Shown: positions 49,780 to 60,345, counted from the stretch's first letter. The stretch is DNA of 64,000 nucleotides from Thermomicrobiales bacterium (GCA_049840815.1 JASGJI010000019.1:128613-192612), one strand, 5' to 3'. Numbers and translations are program-made. Notes: generated from the letters alone by a model not told the origin.

Positions 49780-50244
49780 GTGGATGACGCAAAATGCGAA
49801 CTTCCAGAGCCCGTCGGCATCCGCCGCACTCCGCCGCTCGCTCCAACTCCGGTCCATGAACGTCACGTTCTGATGCGTTTGCCCAAATCAGCCCAGCCAC
49901 GAGAAGCGAATACCATCGTTCTCCCGGGAGTCGATCTCGATGACGATCTGGAGGCGATCAGGCGTGGTGATTGCTGGTTCGATAGCGCAACGCGTCGGAT
50001 CTGGGTGAACGGTCGACTCTATGGACAGCACGACAATGGCCAACTCTACCCAATGCACGGGGTGGGATTCGTACGCATCGATCGCCAGACATTTCGCGCA
50101 CTTCGCACATTCCGACGATACAATGGATTGACCGAGCGGGCGCTTTTCGAAATCGCCCGTGATCCATATATCACAGACGATCAGCGAGACTTCGCAATTC
50201 GCCTTTGGCGCATTCGGGGAGATCGAGAAAGGAGCGGCTCGTGA
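49780..50244 (+). CDS. Hypothetical protein, possible orphan toxin C-terminal domain
   Basis: GTG start with RBS, basic composition, VNGRLYGQHDNGQLYP segment, lower GC than neighbours. Confidence 0.6.
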   Translation: MDDAKCELPEPVGIRRTPPLAPTPVHERHVLMRLPKSAQPREANTIVLPGVDLDDDLEAIRRGDCWFDSATRRIWVNGRLYGQHDNGQLYPMHGVGFVRIDRQTFRALRTFRRYNGLTERALFEIARDPYITDDQRDFAIRLWRIRGDRERSGS

Positions 50245-50687
50245 CGACTGTTGGCGCTGCCATGATTTCCATGTCTCATAAGCCGAGTCCGGAATCGCTT
50301 CGTCGTGCGGCGGCGCTGGGCTATGGTATTGGTGAAGGGGAGGTCTTCATCGGAGCATATTCCGGCGATCATCAGCCATTCCCGGCCGGCTACCGCGTGT
50401 ACCTCAATCTCTGGGACGATACCTACGCTGGCGATTTCCCGGTTGCGTTCGACCAGGAGATCGACGAAGCATTGGTTCCGTCGATGGAGTGTGCCCTGCA
50501 AGGCATGGCGAGACTCCTGAATGTTCTCATCGTCACGAACGACTCCGAGGAAGAGAATCCGATTGTGTATCTTCCGAATGGATCAGTTCAGCGCCGATTC
50601 CTGAAGTCCCTTCCGGACGACGGGCGTGTCCTGCCTCCCGATCTCAAGGCATTCCTGGTCCAGCATCCTCAAGCAAGGGCAGCGTAA
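50241..50687 (+). CDS. Hypothetical acidic protein, possible immunity protein
   Basis: GTGA overlap, strong AAAGGAG RBS. Confidence 0.65.
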   Translation: MTTVGAAMISMSHKPSPESLRRAAALGYGIGEGEVFIGAYSGDHQPFPAGYRVYLNLWDDTYAGDFPVAFDQEIDEALVPSMECALQGMARLLNVLIVTNDSEEENPIVYLPNGSVQRRFLKSLPDDGRVLPPDLKAFLVQHPQARAA

Positions 50688-50775
50688 GACAGGTGTGTAC
50701 CAGACGCGAGAGCGGGCGCCCCTTTCCGGGGCACCCGCGACCGCTGCGTCATGCGTTGATTCGTGTGCGGATGCC

Positions 50776-52008
50776 CTACGGCAGCAGGCGCGTCGCGAAG
50801 CGGAGCGCCTCCTCGAAGACACGATCCGGCACCAGGCGCTGAAGCTCCTCGGCCAGCATCGACTCGCTGTCCGGCCGCTTCGAATAGACCATGCGGCTCA
50901 CACGCGGCATGGTCGGCAGCTCGCTCGACGTGATCAGATCGTCCTCGTCGGTCCGTTCGACCTTGAACACGCCCGGATGCTCGCCAGTCGCGACCAGCTC
51001 GACGCTGCGCAGCGAGAACTTCGCCATCGCGCTCTTGTCCGAGATCAGCCGCACCTGCACGGTGCGCTGCGTCGTCCCCGAGCGGGCCAGCAACGGCACC
51101 CACGAGGCACCGGCGCGTTGGTCCAACTGGTCAATCGCTTCCCAGCCGAGCCGGCTTCCCAGCCAGCCGACGGTCAACAGGGCCGAGGCCAGGCCAGACG
51201 ATCCGTCCTCGCGCGATTCCGCGTAGGCGACCGTCACGCTATCAATCGTCTGCAGGGATGCCTGCGAGTCCTCGCCATCGAAGAACTGGGCAATCAACTG
51301 CCGCCAGGTTCCCAGCCGCAGCCAGGTGAAATCGCCGATGATCGCATGATGGAAATCGGCGTCCACCAGATCGCGGAGCGCGGCAACGCCACGCACATCG
51401 CGACCGAGCTGGGCGCTATCAACCATCAGCCGGTCGACGATGGCCAGCAGATCGTGGAAGAGCGGGCTGCGCGCAAAGTCGCCGCTCGGCCACCACAGGT
51501 AGTTCGGCAGCTCGGACATCAGCAGTGGGGATACCACACTCGCCAGCCGACCGGCTTCGCGGGCGTCGGCGCTGATGGTGATGGTCTCGAACTTGAGCTC
51601 GCTCTGCTTTTCGCCCTCTGGCGCCTGATCGCGCAGTTCCACGCGCACCGAATAGGGAATCGTCTCCTCGTCTCCATCTTCCGGCGTGCGAAGGATGATG
51701 ATAACGGTGCGCGACGGCAGGAAATCCTTCAGCCGCCCGACGCTGGCTGCGATGAGGCCCGCGTCCTTCTCGGACGGTGCGACGGCCACGAGGTTGAGCG
51801 TCGTGGCCCGCATGAGGCCGCCGCCAAACCCGGCAACATCCGGGTCGATCTCGTCGAATCCGCGCGGCCGATCCAGAACGCCGCCAACCTGCTCCCAGAG
51901 CTTGGCGACCTCGTCGTAGATGGCTCCCGTATCGATGGAATCGGTCGTCCACTCGGTGACATACACCGGACGAGCCTCCGATTCCGGGGTGGTGGTGGAC
52001 GTTGACAT
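50776..52008 (-). CDS. opcA: Glucose-6-phosphate dehydrogenase assembly protein OpcA
   Basis: RATTLNLV, LPNYLWWP, DFTWLRLGTWR; directly downstream of zwf. Confidence 0.9.
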   Translation of the reverse strand: MSTSTTTPESEARPVYVTEWTTDSIDTGAIYDEVAKLWEQVGGVLDRPRGFDEIDPDVAGFGGGLMRATTLNLVAVAPSEKDAGLIAASVGRLKDFLPSRTVIIILRTPEDGDEETIPYSVRVELRDQAPEGEKQSELKFETITISADAREAGRLASVVSPLLMSELPNYLWWPSGDFARSPLFHDLLAIVDRLMVDSAQLGRDVRGVAALRDLVDADFHHAIIGDFTWLRLGTWRQLIAQFFDGEDSQASLQTIDSVTVAYAESREDGSSGLASALLTVGWLGSRLGWEAIDQLDQRAGASWVPLLARSGTTQRTVQVRLISDKSAMAKFSLRSVELVATGEHPGVFKVERTDEDDLITSSELPTMPRVSRMVYSKRPDSESMLAEELQRLVPDRVFEEALRFATRLLP

Positions 52009-52086
52009 CGTTCTGCTCCTCGCGAGACGCCGTATCCGGGCGACATCGCGGGCGCCGTCCTTGTCAGACGGCGCCCGCGCACGCCG

Positions 52087-53748
52087 TTACGGACGCCGCC
52101 ACTCCCGGCCCTCGCGCCGCAACATGCTGTCCGACTTCGACGGTCCCCACGTTCCCGATTCGTACGGGTAGGTCGGGATGGCATCGGTCTCCCACGCGTC
52201 GAGGATCGGCTGCATCAACGTCCAGGCGGTCTCCACTTCGTCGCGGCGGGCGAAGAGGGTCGGATCGCCGAGCATCGCATCGAGCAGCAGGCGCTCGTAG
52301 GCATCCGGCCCCGCCTCGCCGAAGGACTGGCCGTAGAGGAAGTCCATGCGAACCGGTCGCAACTGCATGGATGGCCCCGGCACCTTCGCCGCGAACTTGA
52401 GCGCGATGCCCTCGTCTGGCTGGATGCGCATGGTGATGACGTTCGGCGTCAGGTCCAGTTCGCTGCCGGACTGGAACATCAGGTGCGGCACCTGCTTGAA
52501 CATCACGGCGATTTCCGTCACGCGGCGCGGCAGGCGCTTGCCGGTGCGAAGGTAGAAGGGCACGCCAGCCCAACGCCAGTTGTCGATCCCGAGCTCCATC
52601 GCCACGAAGGTCTCCGTGCGCGAGCCGGGACGTACGCCGCGCTCGTCACGGTACGCGCCGACCGGACGGCCGTTCTGGAAGCCCGCCTCGTACTGGCCAC
52701 GCACCGTCCGCTCGGCGACCTTGTCTCCGTGCGGCGTGACGACCGCGCGCAGGACCTTCACCTTCTCGTCGCGGAGGGCGTTGCCGTTGAAGAGCGCGGG
52801 CGGCTCCATCGCGATCACCGCGAGCAACTGGAGGATATGGCTCTGCACCATGTCGCGGAGCGCACCAGAATCCTCATAGTAGCCGCCGCGCCCTTCGACA
52901 CCAATGGACTCGGCCACCGTGATCTGGACGTGATCGACATACTGCCGATTCCAGACCGGCTCGAAGAGGGTATTCGCGAAGCGGAAGGCCAGGACGTTCT
53001 GCACCGTCTCCTTCCCGAGGTAGTGATCGATGCGGTAGATCTGGCGCTCGGAGAAGACGGAGCCAATTTCCGCGTTCAGGGCGCGGGCAGAATCGACATC
53101 GCGGCCGAATGGCTTCTCGATGACGATCCGGTTCCAGCTGCTGCTGCGGCTGTAGTAGATATCCTGCCGCTTGGCAAGACCCGACTTGCCGAGGTGCTGG
53201 ATGATCGGGCCGTAGAACGTCGGCGAGGTGGCCAGGTAGAAGAGGCGGTTCCCGTGGGCGCGACGCTCCTCGTCAATCACTTCCAGCCGCTGCTTGAGTT
53301 CGGTGTAGACCTCTTCCGTATCAAAGCCGCCCTTGACATAGTAGAGGCCCTGCGCGAAGAGGTTCCACGCTTCCTCCGTGACCGGGGCGCGGGCACCCTT
53401 CTTCACCGCCTCGTACATCTCGTTGCGGAAGGTTTCGTCGTCCCAGTCGCGGTGGGAGACCCCAACGATGGAGAAGCCTTCCGGCAGCGGATGGCCCACG
53501 GCAAGGTCGTAGAGCGACGGCATCAGCTTGCGCGCGGTGAGGTCACCGGTGACGCCGAAGATGACCATCACGCACGGGGCGGGCACGCGCTCCAGCTGAA
53601 GGCCGGCTCGCAGCGGATTCGTGTTGCGCTGATGGAGTTCTTCGCCGAAGTCGAACTGGTGGCCGACATGATCGGCCTCGCCCTCCTGAAGCTCGGGCGG
53701 CGTGTACTGGGTTGGGATGTCCTGGACATCGAGTTCTGTCTTCGGCAT
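52087..53748 (-). CDS. zwf: Glucose-6-phosphate dehydrogenase
   Basis: FGVTGDL, RIDHYLGKE, YLRTGKRL. Confidence 0.97.
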   Translation of the reverse strand: MPKTELDVQDIPTQYTPPELQEGEADHVGHQFDFGEELHQRNTNPLRAGLQLERVPAPCVMVIFGVTGDLTARKLMPSLYDLAVGHPLPEGFSIVGVSHRDWDDETFRNEMYEAVKKGARAPVTEEAWNLFAQGLYYVKGGFDTEEVYTELKQRLEVIDEERRAHGNRLFYLATSPTFYGPIIQHLGKSGLAKRQDIYYSRSSSWNRIVIEKPFGRDVDSARALNAEIGSVFSERQIYRIDHYLGKETVQNVLAFRFANTLFEPVWNRQYVDHVQITVAESIGVEGRGGYYEDSGALRDMVQSHILQLLAVIAMEPPALFNGNALRDEKVKVLRAVVTPHGDKVAERTVRGQYEAGFQNGRPVGAYRDERGVRPGSRTETFVAMELGIDNWRWAGVPFYLRTGKRLPRRVTEIAVMFKQVPHLMFQSGSELDLTPNVITMRIQPDEGIALKFAAKVPGPSMQLRPVRMDFLYGQSFGEAGPDAYERLLLDAMLGDPTLFARRDEVETAWTLMQPILDAWETDAIPTYPYESGTWGPSKSDSMLRREGREWRRP

Positions 53749-53903
53749 GAGGTGATCCTGTAGTGGCTTGATGATGGGAACGCCGGGGTCAATGGAGGAA
53801 GCAGGGCAGCATGGCGGCGAGGACGACGGCTCCATTGCCGGTTGGGAGGATCGGTGGCATCGCGAGTCCCGGTATGCCGCCAGGACTCGCGGGCGGCCCT
53901 GGA

Positions 53904-55349
53904 TCAGTGCGTTTCGAGCGTGCCCCACTCGGTGTGGAAGACGCCATCCATGTCGAGGCGGCGATAGGTGTGCGCCCCGAAGAAGTCGCGCTGGCCCTGG
54001 ATCATGTTGGCGGAGGTGAACTCCGAGCGGTAGGAATCGATGTAGCCGAGCGCGGTGCTGAGCGCCAGCGCCGGGATGCCGCGCTGCGCCGCGATCGTGA
54101 CCGCCGTGCGCAGGCCGCCGATGTTCTCGTTGACCTCGGTGGCGAAGTAGGGATCGACGAGGAGGTTATCGATCTGCTTGCCTCCGGCGAAGGCCTCCCT
54201 GATCGGGTTGAGGAGCTTGGCGCGGATGATGCAGCCGGCCTTCCAGATGCGGGCGATCTCGGAGAGGTTGAGGTTCCAGCTGTAGGTGTCGGACGCAGCC
54301 TGCAGCAGCGCCATGCCCTGCGCGTAGGATGAGACCTTCGCCACGTAGAGGGCATTCTCCAGTGCGTCGATGGTGGCCTGCTTGTCGAGCGCCGGCAATC
54401 CGGAAACATCCGGCCCGTTCAGGATGTGGCTGGCGCGCACGCGCTTCTCCTTCATGGAGGAGAGGATGCGCGCATTCACCGCGGCGTTGATGACCGGGGT
54501 GGCCGTGCCCAGCTCGTAGGAACTCTGGCTGGTCCAGCGGCCAGTGCCCTTCTGCTCCGCGGTGTCGAGGATGTGGTCGATCAGCGGGGTGTCGGTCTCC
54601 GGATCGACGTAGCGGAGCACACGCTCCGTGACCTCGATCAGGAAGGAATCGAGCTTGCCCTCGTTCCACTTGGCGAAGACATCGGCAATCTCGCCGGCCG
54701 ACATGCCCAAGCCCTTGCGCATGATGTCGTAGGTCTCGGCGATCAGTTCCATGTCGCCGTACTCGATCCCATTGTGGACCGTCTTGACGTAATGACCCGA
54801 CCCACCAGGGCCGATGTGGGTGACGCAGGGGCCGGAATCGGAGACGGCGGCGATCGCCATCAGCATCGGCTCCAGTTCCTTGTACGCATCCGCCGGGCCG
54901 CCCGGCATCAGGCTCGGTCCCCAGAGCGCGCCTTCCTCTCCGCCGGAGACACCCATGCCCACGAAGTTGAAGCCGAGGCCATCGACTTCCTTCGAGCGGC
55001 GTTCGGTGTCCTGGAAGAAGGAATTGCCACCATCGATCAGGATGTCACCCGGCTCCAGGTACGGGGCCAGTTCCTGGATCACGGCGTCGACCGGGGCACC
55101 GGCCTTCACCATGAGCAGGATGCGGCGCGGCCGCTCCAGGGCACCAACGAACTCCTCGATCGTGGTGGTGCCGAGGATCTGCGTGCCCTGCGCCTTCTCG
55201 GCGAGGAACGTCTCCGTCACGGCGGTGGTTCGGTTATAGACGGCGGGGGCGAACCCGTTGCGCTCGAGATTCAGCGCCAGGTTCTCGCCCATGACGGCCA
55301 GTCCGACGACGCCGACGTGACGCCGTTCCTGCGAAGATGTCGTGCTCAT
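53904..55349 (-). CDS. gndA: NADP-dependent 6-phosphogluconate dehydrogenase
   Basis: GLAVMG, GVSGGEEGA, HNGIEYGDM, QRDFFGAH. Confidence 0.97.
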   Translation of the reverse strand: MSTTSSQERRHVGVVGLAVMGENLALNLERNGFAPAVYNRTTAVTETFLAEKAQGTQILGTTTIEEFVGALERPRRILLMVKAGAPVDAVIQELAPYLEPGDILIDGGNSFFQDTERRSKEVDGLGFNFVGMGVSGGEEGALWGPSLMPGGPADAYKELEPMLMAIAAVSDSGPCVTHIGPGGSGHYVKTVHNGIEYGDMELIAETYDIMRKGLGMSAGEIADVFAKWNEGKLDSFLIEVTERVLRYVDPETDTPLIDHILDTAEQKGTGRWTSQSSYELGTATPVINAAVNARILSSMKEKRVRASHILNGPDVSGLPALDKQATIDALENALYVAKVSSYAQGMALLQAASDTYSWNLNLSEIARIWKAGCIIRAKLLNPIREAFAGGKQIDNLLVDPYFATEVNENIGGLRTAVTIAAQRGIPALALSTALGYIDSYRSEFTSANMIQGQRDFFGAHTYRRLDMDGVFHTEWGTLETH

Positions 55350-55542
55350 GCGCGTGGTGCTTCCTTTGTTCTTGCGATCTCAACCCGACCCCGATGGCGG
55401 GCTGTCCGGACCGGCGTCGTGGCAGGTCTGCATCATCGAACGTCATAACCCATGCGGGTATCGCTTGCCCCGCGTATGGCCGGATTCCCGGCGTCGGCTT
55501 ACCGGAGCCTGTGGGGAGAATCGGGCCATCAGCCGGGCAGAA

Positions 55543-55573
55543 CGGAGGGGCGTCCCGGTGGGGCGCCCCTCCG
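55543..55573 (-). terminator. Stem-loop downstream of tal
   Basis: CGGAGGGGCGTCCC / GGGGCGCCCCTCCG. Confidence 0.5.
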
Positions 55574-55582
55574 TCGCGGGGA

Positions 55583-56719
55583 CTAGCTCGCGGCACCGGC
55601 CAGCGCGGCGCGCTTGGACTCGACATCGGCCAGCAGCCCATCGTAGGAGGTGATGAAGGTGGCGATGCCTTCCTCCTCCAGCTGGCTGGTGATCTGGTCG
55701 ATCGAAAGGCCGACCTTCGCAAGATCGTCCAGCACCGCATGGGCGCCGGCGAGATCCGCATCGACGGTGCGGGCGACAACGCCGTGATCGAGGAAGGCCT
55801 CGATCGTCGGCACTGGCGCGGTGTTCACCGTCTCAGGGCCGATCAGCGTCTCAACATAGAGCACATCGCTGTACGCCTTGTTCTTGGTGCCGGTGCTGGC
55901 CCACAGCGGACGCTGCACCTGCGCACCAGCGGCGGCCAGCGGCGCGAAGCGATCGCCCTTGAAGAGGTCCAGGAACCTCTCGTAGGCCAGCTGCGCGTTC
56001 GCAACCGCGACCTTGCCCTTGAGGGAGGTCGCAAGTTCAGCGTTCGCGCCGCCCTCGGCGATCACGCCATCCAGCTGCTTGTCAGCCAGCGTATCGACGC
56101 GGGAAACGAAGAACGACGCCACGGAAGCGATGCCGGAGACGGCCTCGCCCTTCGCCTGGCGGGCTTCCAGCGCCTCGATGAAAGCCAGCGCCACGCGCTC
56201 GTAGTTGGCGAGCGAGAAGAGCAGGGTGACGTTGATGTTCACGCCTTCAGTCAGCAGCGTGCGGATGGCGGGGACGCCTTCCTCGGTGCCGGGGACCTTG
56301 ATCATCACGTTCGGGCGGTCGACGGCGGCCCAGAGCACGCGGGCATTGTCCAGCGTGCCCTCGGTGTCGCGCGCCAGCGACGGCAGGACCTCGATGGAGA
56401 CGAATCCATCGGTGCCGTTGCTCTCGTCGAAGATCGGCCGGAAGAGATCGCAGGTGTCCTGGATATCCTTCACGGCGACGGTCTGGAAGATCTCGGCGGC
56501 GGACTTGCCCTCGCCCAGCTGCGCCTGGATGTCCTCGTCGTAGGCATCAGACCCAGCGATCGCCTTCTGGAAGATGCTCGGGTTGGATGTCACGCCACGG
56601 ATGCCGGTGTCGATCGCCTTCTGCAGCGCACCGTTTGCCAGCAGCGCGCGGGAGATGTCGTCCTGCCAGACGGACTGATCCTGCTCGGTGTGGAGCGTCT
56701 GAATCGGGTTCATGCCCAT
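55583..56719 (-). CDS. tal: Transaldolase
   Basis: GVTSNPSIF, MIKVPGT, NVTLLFS, LWASTG. Confidence 0.96.
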   Translation of the reverse strand: MGMNPIQTLHTEQDQSVWQDDISRALLANGALQKAIDTGIRGVTSNPSIFQKAIAGSDAYDEDIQAQLGEGKSAAEIFQTVAVKDIQDTCDLFRPIFDESNGTDGFVSIEVLPSLARDTEGTLDNARVLWAAVDRPNVMIKVPGTEEGVPAIRTLLTEGVNINVTLLFSLANYERVALAFIEALEARQAKGEAVSGIASVASFFVSRVDTLADKQLDGVIAEGGANAELATSLKGKVAVANAQLAYERFLDLFKGDRFAPLAAAGAQVQRPLWASTGTKNKAYSDVLYVETLIGPETVNTAPVPTIEAFLDHGVVARTVDADLAGAHAVLDDLAKVGLSIDQITSQLEEEGIATFITSYDGLLADVESKRAALAGAAS

Positions 56720-56775
56720 GTCCTTTCGGTCATGCGCGGGGGATGCATCGTCGTCATCCCCCGCGTGAATACGGA

Positions 56776-58914
56776 TCAGGAGTGGCCGTCGGCGCCTGTG
56801 GCCTGCTTGCCAGCGGTGTCGCCGGTCAGGTAGTCGGAATCGACCTCGTCGGCCAGTTCGCCCTTGCCCAGAAGGCGGAGGGCGGTCGCGGCGACGTGCT
56901 CCCTGGTGAAGCCGAAGTACTTCAGCACCAGCCCGCCCGGTGCCGATTCGCCGTAGCGGTCGATGCCGACCTGGGCGCCGTTGTCACCGGTGTACTTGAA
57001 CCACGGCGCGGTCACACCTGCCTCGACGGAGACGCGGGCGGTGCCCTTCGGTCCGAGCACCGATTCGCGGTATTCCGCGGACTGGGCGTCGAAGAGTTCC
57101 GTGCTCGGCATGGAGACGACGCGCGCCTGCACGCCATGCTCCGCCAGCAGGTCCTTCGCCATCAGCGAAAGCTCGACCTCGGAACCAGTGGCGATGAGGA
57201 CGACATCCGGCGCGCCTTCGGCATCGGCCAGGGTGTAGCCACCCTTCGCGACATTGCCCTTCACAGCCTCCGGATCGAGCACCGCCAGATCCTGCCGCGA
57301 GAAGACGAGGACGCAGGCCTCGCCGCGCTCGACGGCAAGCTTCCATGCTTCGGCGGTCTCGTTCGCATCCGCCGGGCGGTACACCGTCAGCTTCGGAATC
57401 AGGCGCATGGACGCGGTCTGCTCGACCGCCTCGTGCGTCGGGCCATCCTCACCGACAGCAATGCTGTCGTGCGTGAAGACGTAGATGGAATGCAGGTGAC
57501 TCAGCGCGCCGAGGCGGATGCTGGGCCGCATGTAGTCGGAGAACGGGAGGAAGGTGGCGGAGAACGGGATGATGCCGCCGTGCGCGGCCAGGCCGTTCAC
57601 GATGCTGCCCATGCCGTGCTCGCGGATGCCGAAGTGGATGTTGCGGCCGCTGTAATCCTGTGCGCCGCCGACTTCGCCCTGGGCATCCTCGGGGATGCTA
57701 CCCGGAGCCTGGAAGTCGCCGCCCTTCTTCAACGCGGTGTTGGTCGACGGGTTGAGGTCCGCCGAACCACCGATGAAGGTCGGGAGCTTCGCGAAGAAGC
57801 TGTTCAGCACCTCGCCGGATGCCTTGCGGGTGGCCATCGCCTTCGTGCCCGCCGGCCAGACGGGGATATCGCTATCCCATCCCGCCGGGAGTTCGCCCGC
57901 CATCGCGGCGAGGAAGCTGGCGGCCTCCGCCGGGTACTCGGCCTGGTAGGCGGCGAAGCGGGCGTCCCAATCCGACTCCGCCTTCGCGCCGTCAGTCAGC
58001 GCCTCGTGGAAGTGGGCGTAGACCTCGTCCGGCACGAAGAAGGCCGGCTCGGTCGGGACGCCGAGCGTCTCCTTCGTGAGCTTGACCTCATCCGGACCGA
58101 GCGGGGAACCGTGAACGCCGAAGGTGCCGGCCTTGTTCGGGGAGCCGAAGCCGATGATCGTCTGCGCGCAGATGATGCTCGGGTGCTCCGTCTCGGCCTG
58201 GGCGGCCTCGATCGCGGCCTTCACCGCCGCCGGGTCCATGCCATCCACGGTCTGGACGTGCCAGCCGAGCGCCGCGAACCGGGCCGGGACATCTTCCGAC
58301 ATGGAGAGGTTCGCGGAACCGGCAAGGGTGATGTGGTTCTGGTCGTAGAGATAGATGAGCTTGCCGAGCTTGAGATTGCCGGCGATGCTCGCCGCCTCGA
58401 AGGCGACGCCCTCCACGATGTCCCCATCGGAGACGATCGCGTAGGTGTAGTGATCGACGATCTCATGACCCGGCTTGTTGTAGGTCGCGGCGAGGAACGC
58501 CTCGGCGACGGCAAGGCCGACACCGTTGGCGAAACCCTGGCCGAGCGGGCCGGTGGTGACTTCGACGCCCGGCGTGATGCCGCGCTCCGGATGCCCCGGC
58601 GTCTTCGAATGCAGCTGCCGGAAGTTCTTCACTTCCTCGATCGGCAGGTCGTAGCCAGTGAGATGCAGCAGGGAGTAGGTGAGCGCAGAACCGTGACCGG
58701 CTGAGAGGACGAAGCGATCGCGGTCGACCCAGGTCGGATCCTGCGGATTGTGCTTCAGGAAGTCCTGCCAGAGCACATAGGCCATCGGCGCCGCACCGAG
58801 CGGCAGGCCGGGGTGGCCGGAGTTGGCTGCCTGAACGGCATCCATGGAGAGGGTGCGGATCGCGTTGATCGCCGCAGTCTGGAGATCGGTCGTGCTTGCG
58901 GTGGCCGTTGCCAC
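56776..58914 (-). CDS. tkt: Transketolase
   Basis: [33 protein letters not shown]; GTG start with AGGAGG RBS. Confidence 0.97.
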   Translation of the reverse strand: MATATASTTDLQTAAINAIRTLSMDAVQAANSGHPGLPLGAAPMAYVLWQDFLKHNPQDPTWVDRDRFVLSAGHGSALTYSLLHLTGYDLPIEEVKNFRQLHSKTPGHPERGITPGVEVTTGPLGQGFANGVGLAVAEAFLAATYNKPGHEIVDHYTYAIVSDGDIVEGVAFEAASIAGNLKLGKLIYLYDQNHITLAGSANLSMSEDVPARFAALGWHVQTVDGMDPAAVKAAIEAAQAETEHPSIICAQTIIGFGSPNKAGTFGVHGSPLGPDEVKLTKETLGVPTEPAFFVPDEVYAHFHEALTDGAKAESDWDARFAAYQAEYPAEAASFLAAMAGELPAGWDSDIPVWPAGTKAMATRKASGEVLNSFFAKLPTFIGGSADLNPSTNTALKKGGDFQAPGSIPEDAQGEVGGAQDYSGRNIHFGIREHGMGSIVNGLAAHGGIIPFSATFLPFSDYMRPSIRLGALSHLHSIYVFTHDSIAVGEDGPTHEAVEQTASMRLIPKLTVYRPADANETAEAWKLAVERGEACVLVFSRQDLAVLDPEAVKGNVAKGGYTLADAEGAPDVVLIATGSEVELSLMAKDLLAEHGVQARVVSMPSTELFDAQSAEYRESVLGPKGTARVSVEAGVTAPWFKYTGDNGAQVGIDRYGESAPGGLVLKYFGFTREHVAATALRLLGKGELADEVDSDYLTGDTAGKQATGADGHS

Positions 58915-59123
58915 GATATCCTCCTTGATACCAGCCGTGAACGTGCCCTCGACAAACCGGGAAGATGACATGCCTCACCATGAGATGAAGCCGGGTCATC
59001 GGGTACCGCCCGGAGTCCCGAATCGGGGGATGAGGGGCGTCGGAGGCGGCCTGCTGGGCGAGCCCGCACTCCTGCTTGTATGATCCATTATGGCACGCCC
59101 GGCAACCCAAAAACCCGAAGGAA

Positions 59124-59162
59124 TGTACCGATCGGTACACCTTCTTCGATGAAACGATTTCA
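59124..59162. promoter_or_regulatory. Candidate operator palindromes upstream of tkt
   Basis: TGTACCGATCGGTACA (59124-59139) and TGAAACGATTTCA (59150-59162), near a TG-n-CATAAT extended -10. Confidence 0.5.
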
Positions 59163-59278
59163 CGGTGGGGAAGCGGTCAACGCGGCATGAAATCGCCGGT
59201 CACGATGCCCCTGCGGGGCGCGCTTCTTCTGGCGTCGCAGGGCATGTTCCACCGGCCCACCGCTCGTATGAACGCAAA

Positions 59279-59310
59279 CGAGCGAGACGGGGCGTACCCC
59301 GTCTCGCTCG
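59279..59310 (-). terminator. Terminator of the zinc SBP transcript
   Basis: 14-bp perfect stem followed by TTTG on the minus strand. Confidence 0.65.
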
Positions 59311-59341
59311 TCGTGCAGCATGGCCGTGGATACGGAGGGGC

Positions 59342-60328
59342 TTACCCCAGTGCGCCGACGATGCTGTCCCGGTTGAAGCGCATGAGCGCCAGGTAGGAGT
59401 CGACGCGGCCAGCGAAAGAATCGGTCAGCAACTCACCGATCTGCACGCCCGCCTCGTCCTGAATCACCGAGAGGACATCCGTATTGAACTGCGGCTCCGC
59501 GAAGACGGTGGTGATGGTGTACTCCTCGATCGTGCCGATCAACTCCGCCATCTCCTGCGCCGAGACCTCACCTTCCTCTGCATTCGGCATCACGATACCG
59601 ACGATCTCGAAATCGTAGCGAATCGCGAAGTAGGTGAACGCATCGTGGAAGACGACCAGCACGCGCCGGTCCTCCGGGATGGCGGCGAACGATGCGGCCA
59701 GCTCGTCGTTCAGGGCCTCGACCTGCTGCGTATAGGCGGCAGCCTGATCCGTATAGGCCGCTTCGCCTTCGGGATCGAGACCGATCAGGTGATCGCGGAT
59801 GACCAGAATCGCCTCGACGACCTTCAGCGGATCGAGCCAGATGTGGGGATCACCCTCGCGCAGGTCGTGGGTGTGGTCGCCGTGGTCGATGACGCGGTCG
59901 ATCTCGATCAGGTCGATGTGATCGGTAACCTCCAGCTCCGGGATTCCAGCATCCTTCACCGCGCGTCGCCAACCGCCAGCCTCGACGAATGGCTCCAGGT
60001 GATGCCCGATCGAGATGAACGTATCCGCCTCGGTCACGCGGACCATGTCCTGCGGGGAGGCCTCCCAGGTGTGGGGATCGGCGGTGTCGGGCATGATCGA
60101 GAAGACGGTGGCGCGATCACCGGCGATGTTCGCAATGATGTCGGCCAGCAGCGGCATGCTCGCGGCGATCACCAGGCCGGATGCAGTTGGCGTCGCCTCG
60201 GCAGCGACCGGGTGCTGGCGGGTGGCAGCAAGGCCGAAGACGGCGAACGCTGCCGTGCCCGTCCCGAGCCGGAGCACGGCGCGACGATCGATGCGGTGGG
60301 TGATGGTCTGATTGATGGAAGACGTCAT
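59342..60328 (-). CDS. Metal (Zn) ABC substrate-binding protein, ZnuA/AztC-like, Tat signal
   Basis: DPHTWE, DHGDHTH, DPHIWLDP, FHDAFTYF. Confidence 0.9.
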   Translation of the reverse strand: MTSSINQTITHRIDRRAVLRLGTGTAAFAVFGLAATRQHPVAAEATPTASGLVIAASMPLLADIIANIAGDRATVFSIMPDTADPHTWEASPQDMVRVTEADTFISIGHHLEPFVEAGGWRRAVKDAGIPELEVTDHIDLIEIDRVIDHGDHTHDLREGDPHIWLDPLKVVEAILVIRDHLIGLDPEGEAAYTDQAAAYTQQVEALNDELAASFAAIPEDRRVLVVFHDAFTYFAIRYDFEIVGIVMPNAEEGEVSAQEMAELIGTIEEYTITTVFAEPQFNTDVLSVIQDEAGVQIGELLTDSFAGRVDSYLALMRFNRDSIVGALG

Positions 60329-60345
60329 GGTCCCGGATAGCCCCC

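Noticed and set aside
56587-58704. Long antisense ORFs (also 964-2640, 35193-37019, 50626-52005, 61838-63277 and those opposite each M20 gene)
   Set aside because: Typical shadow frames of high-GC coding sequence, with no recognisable motifs.
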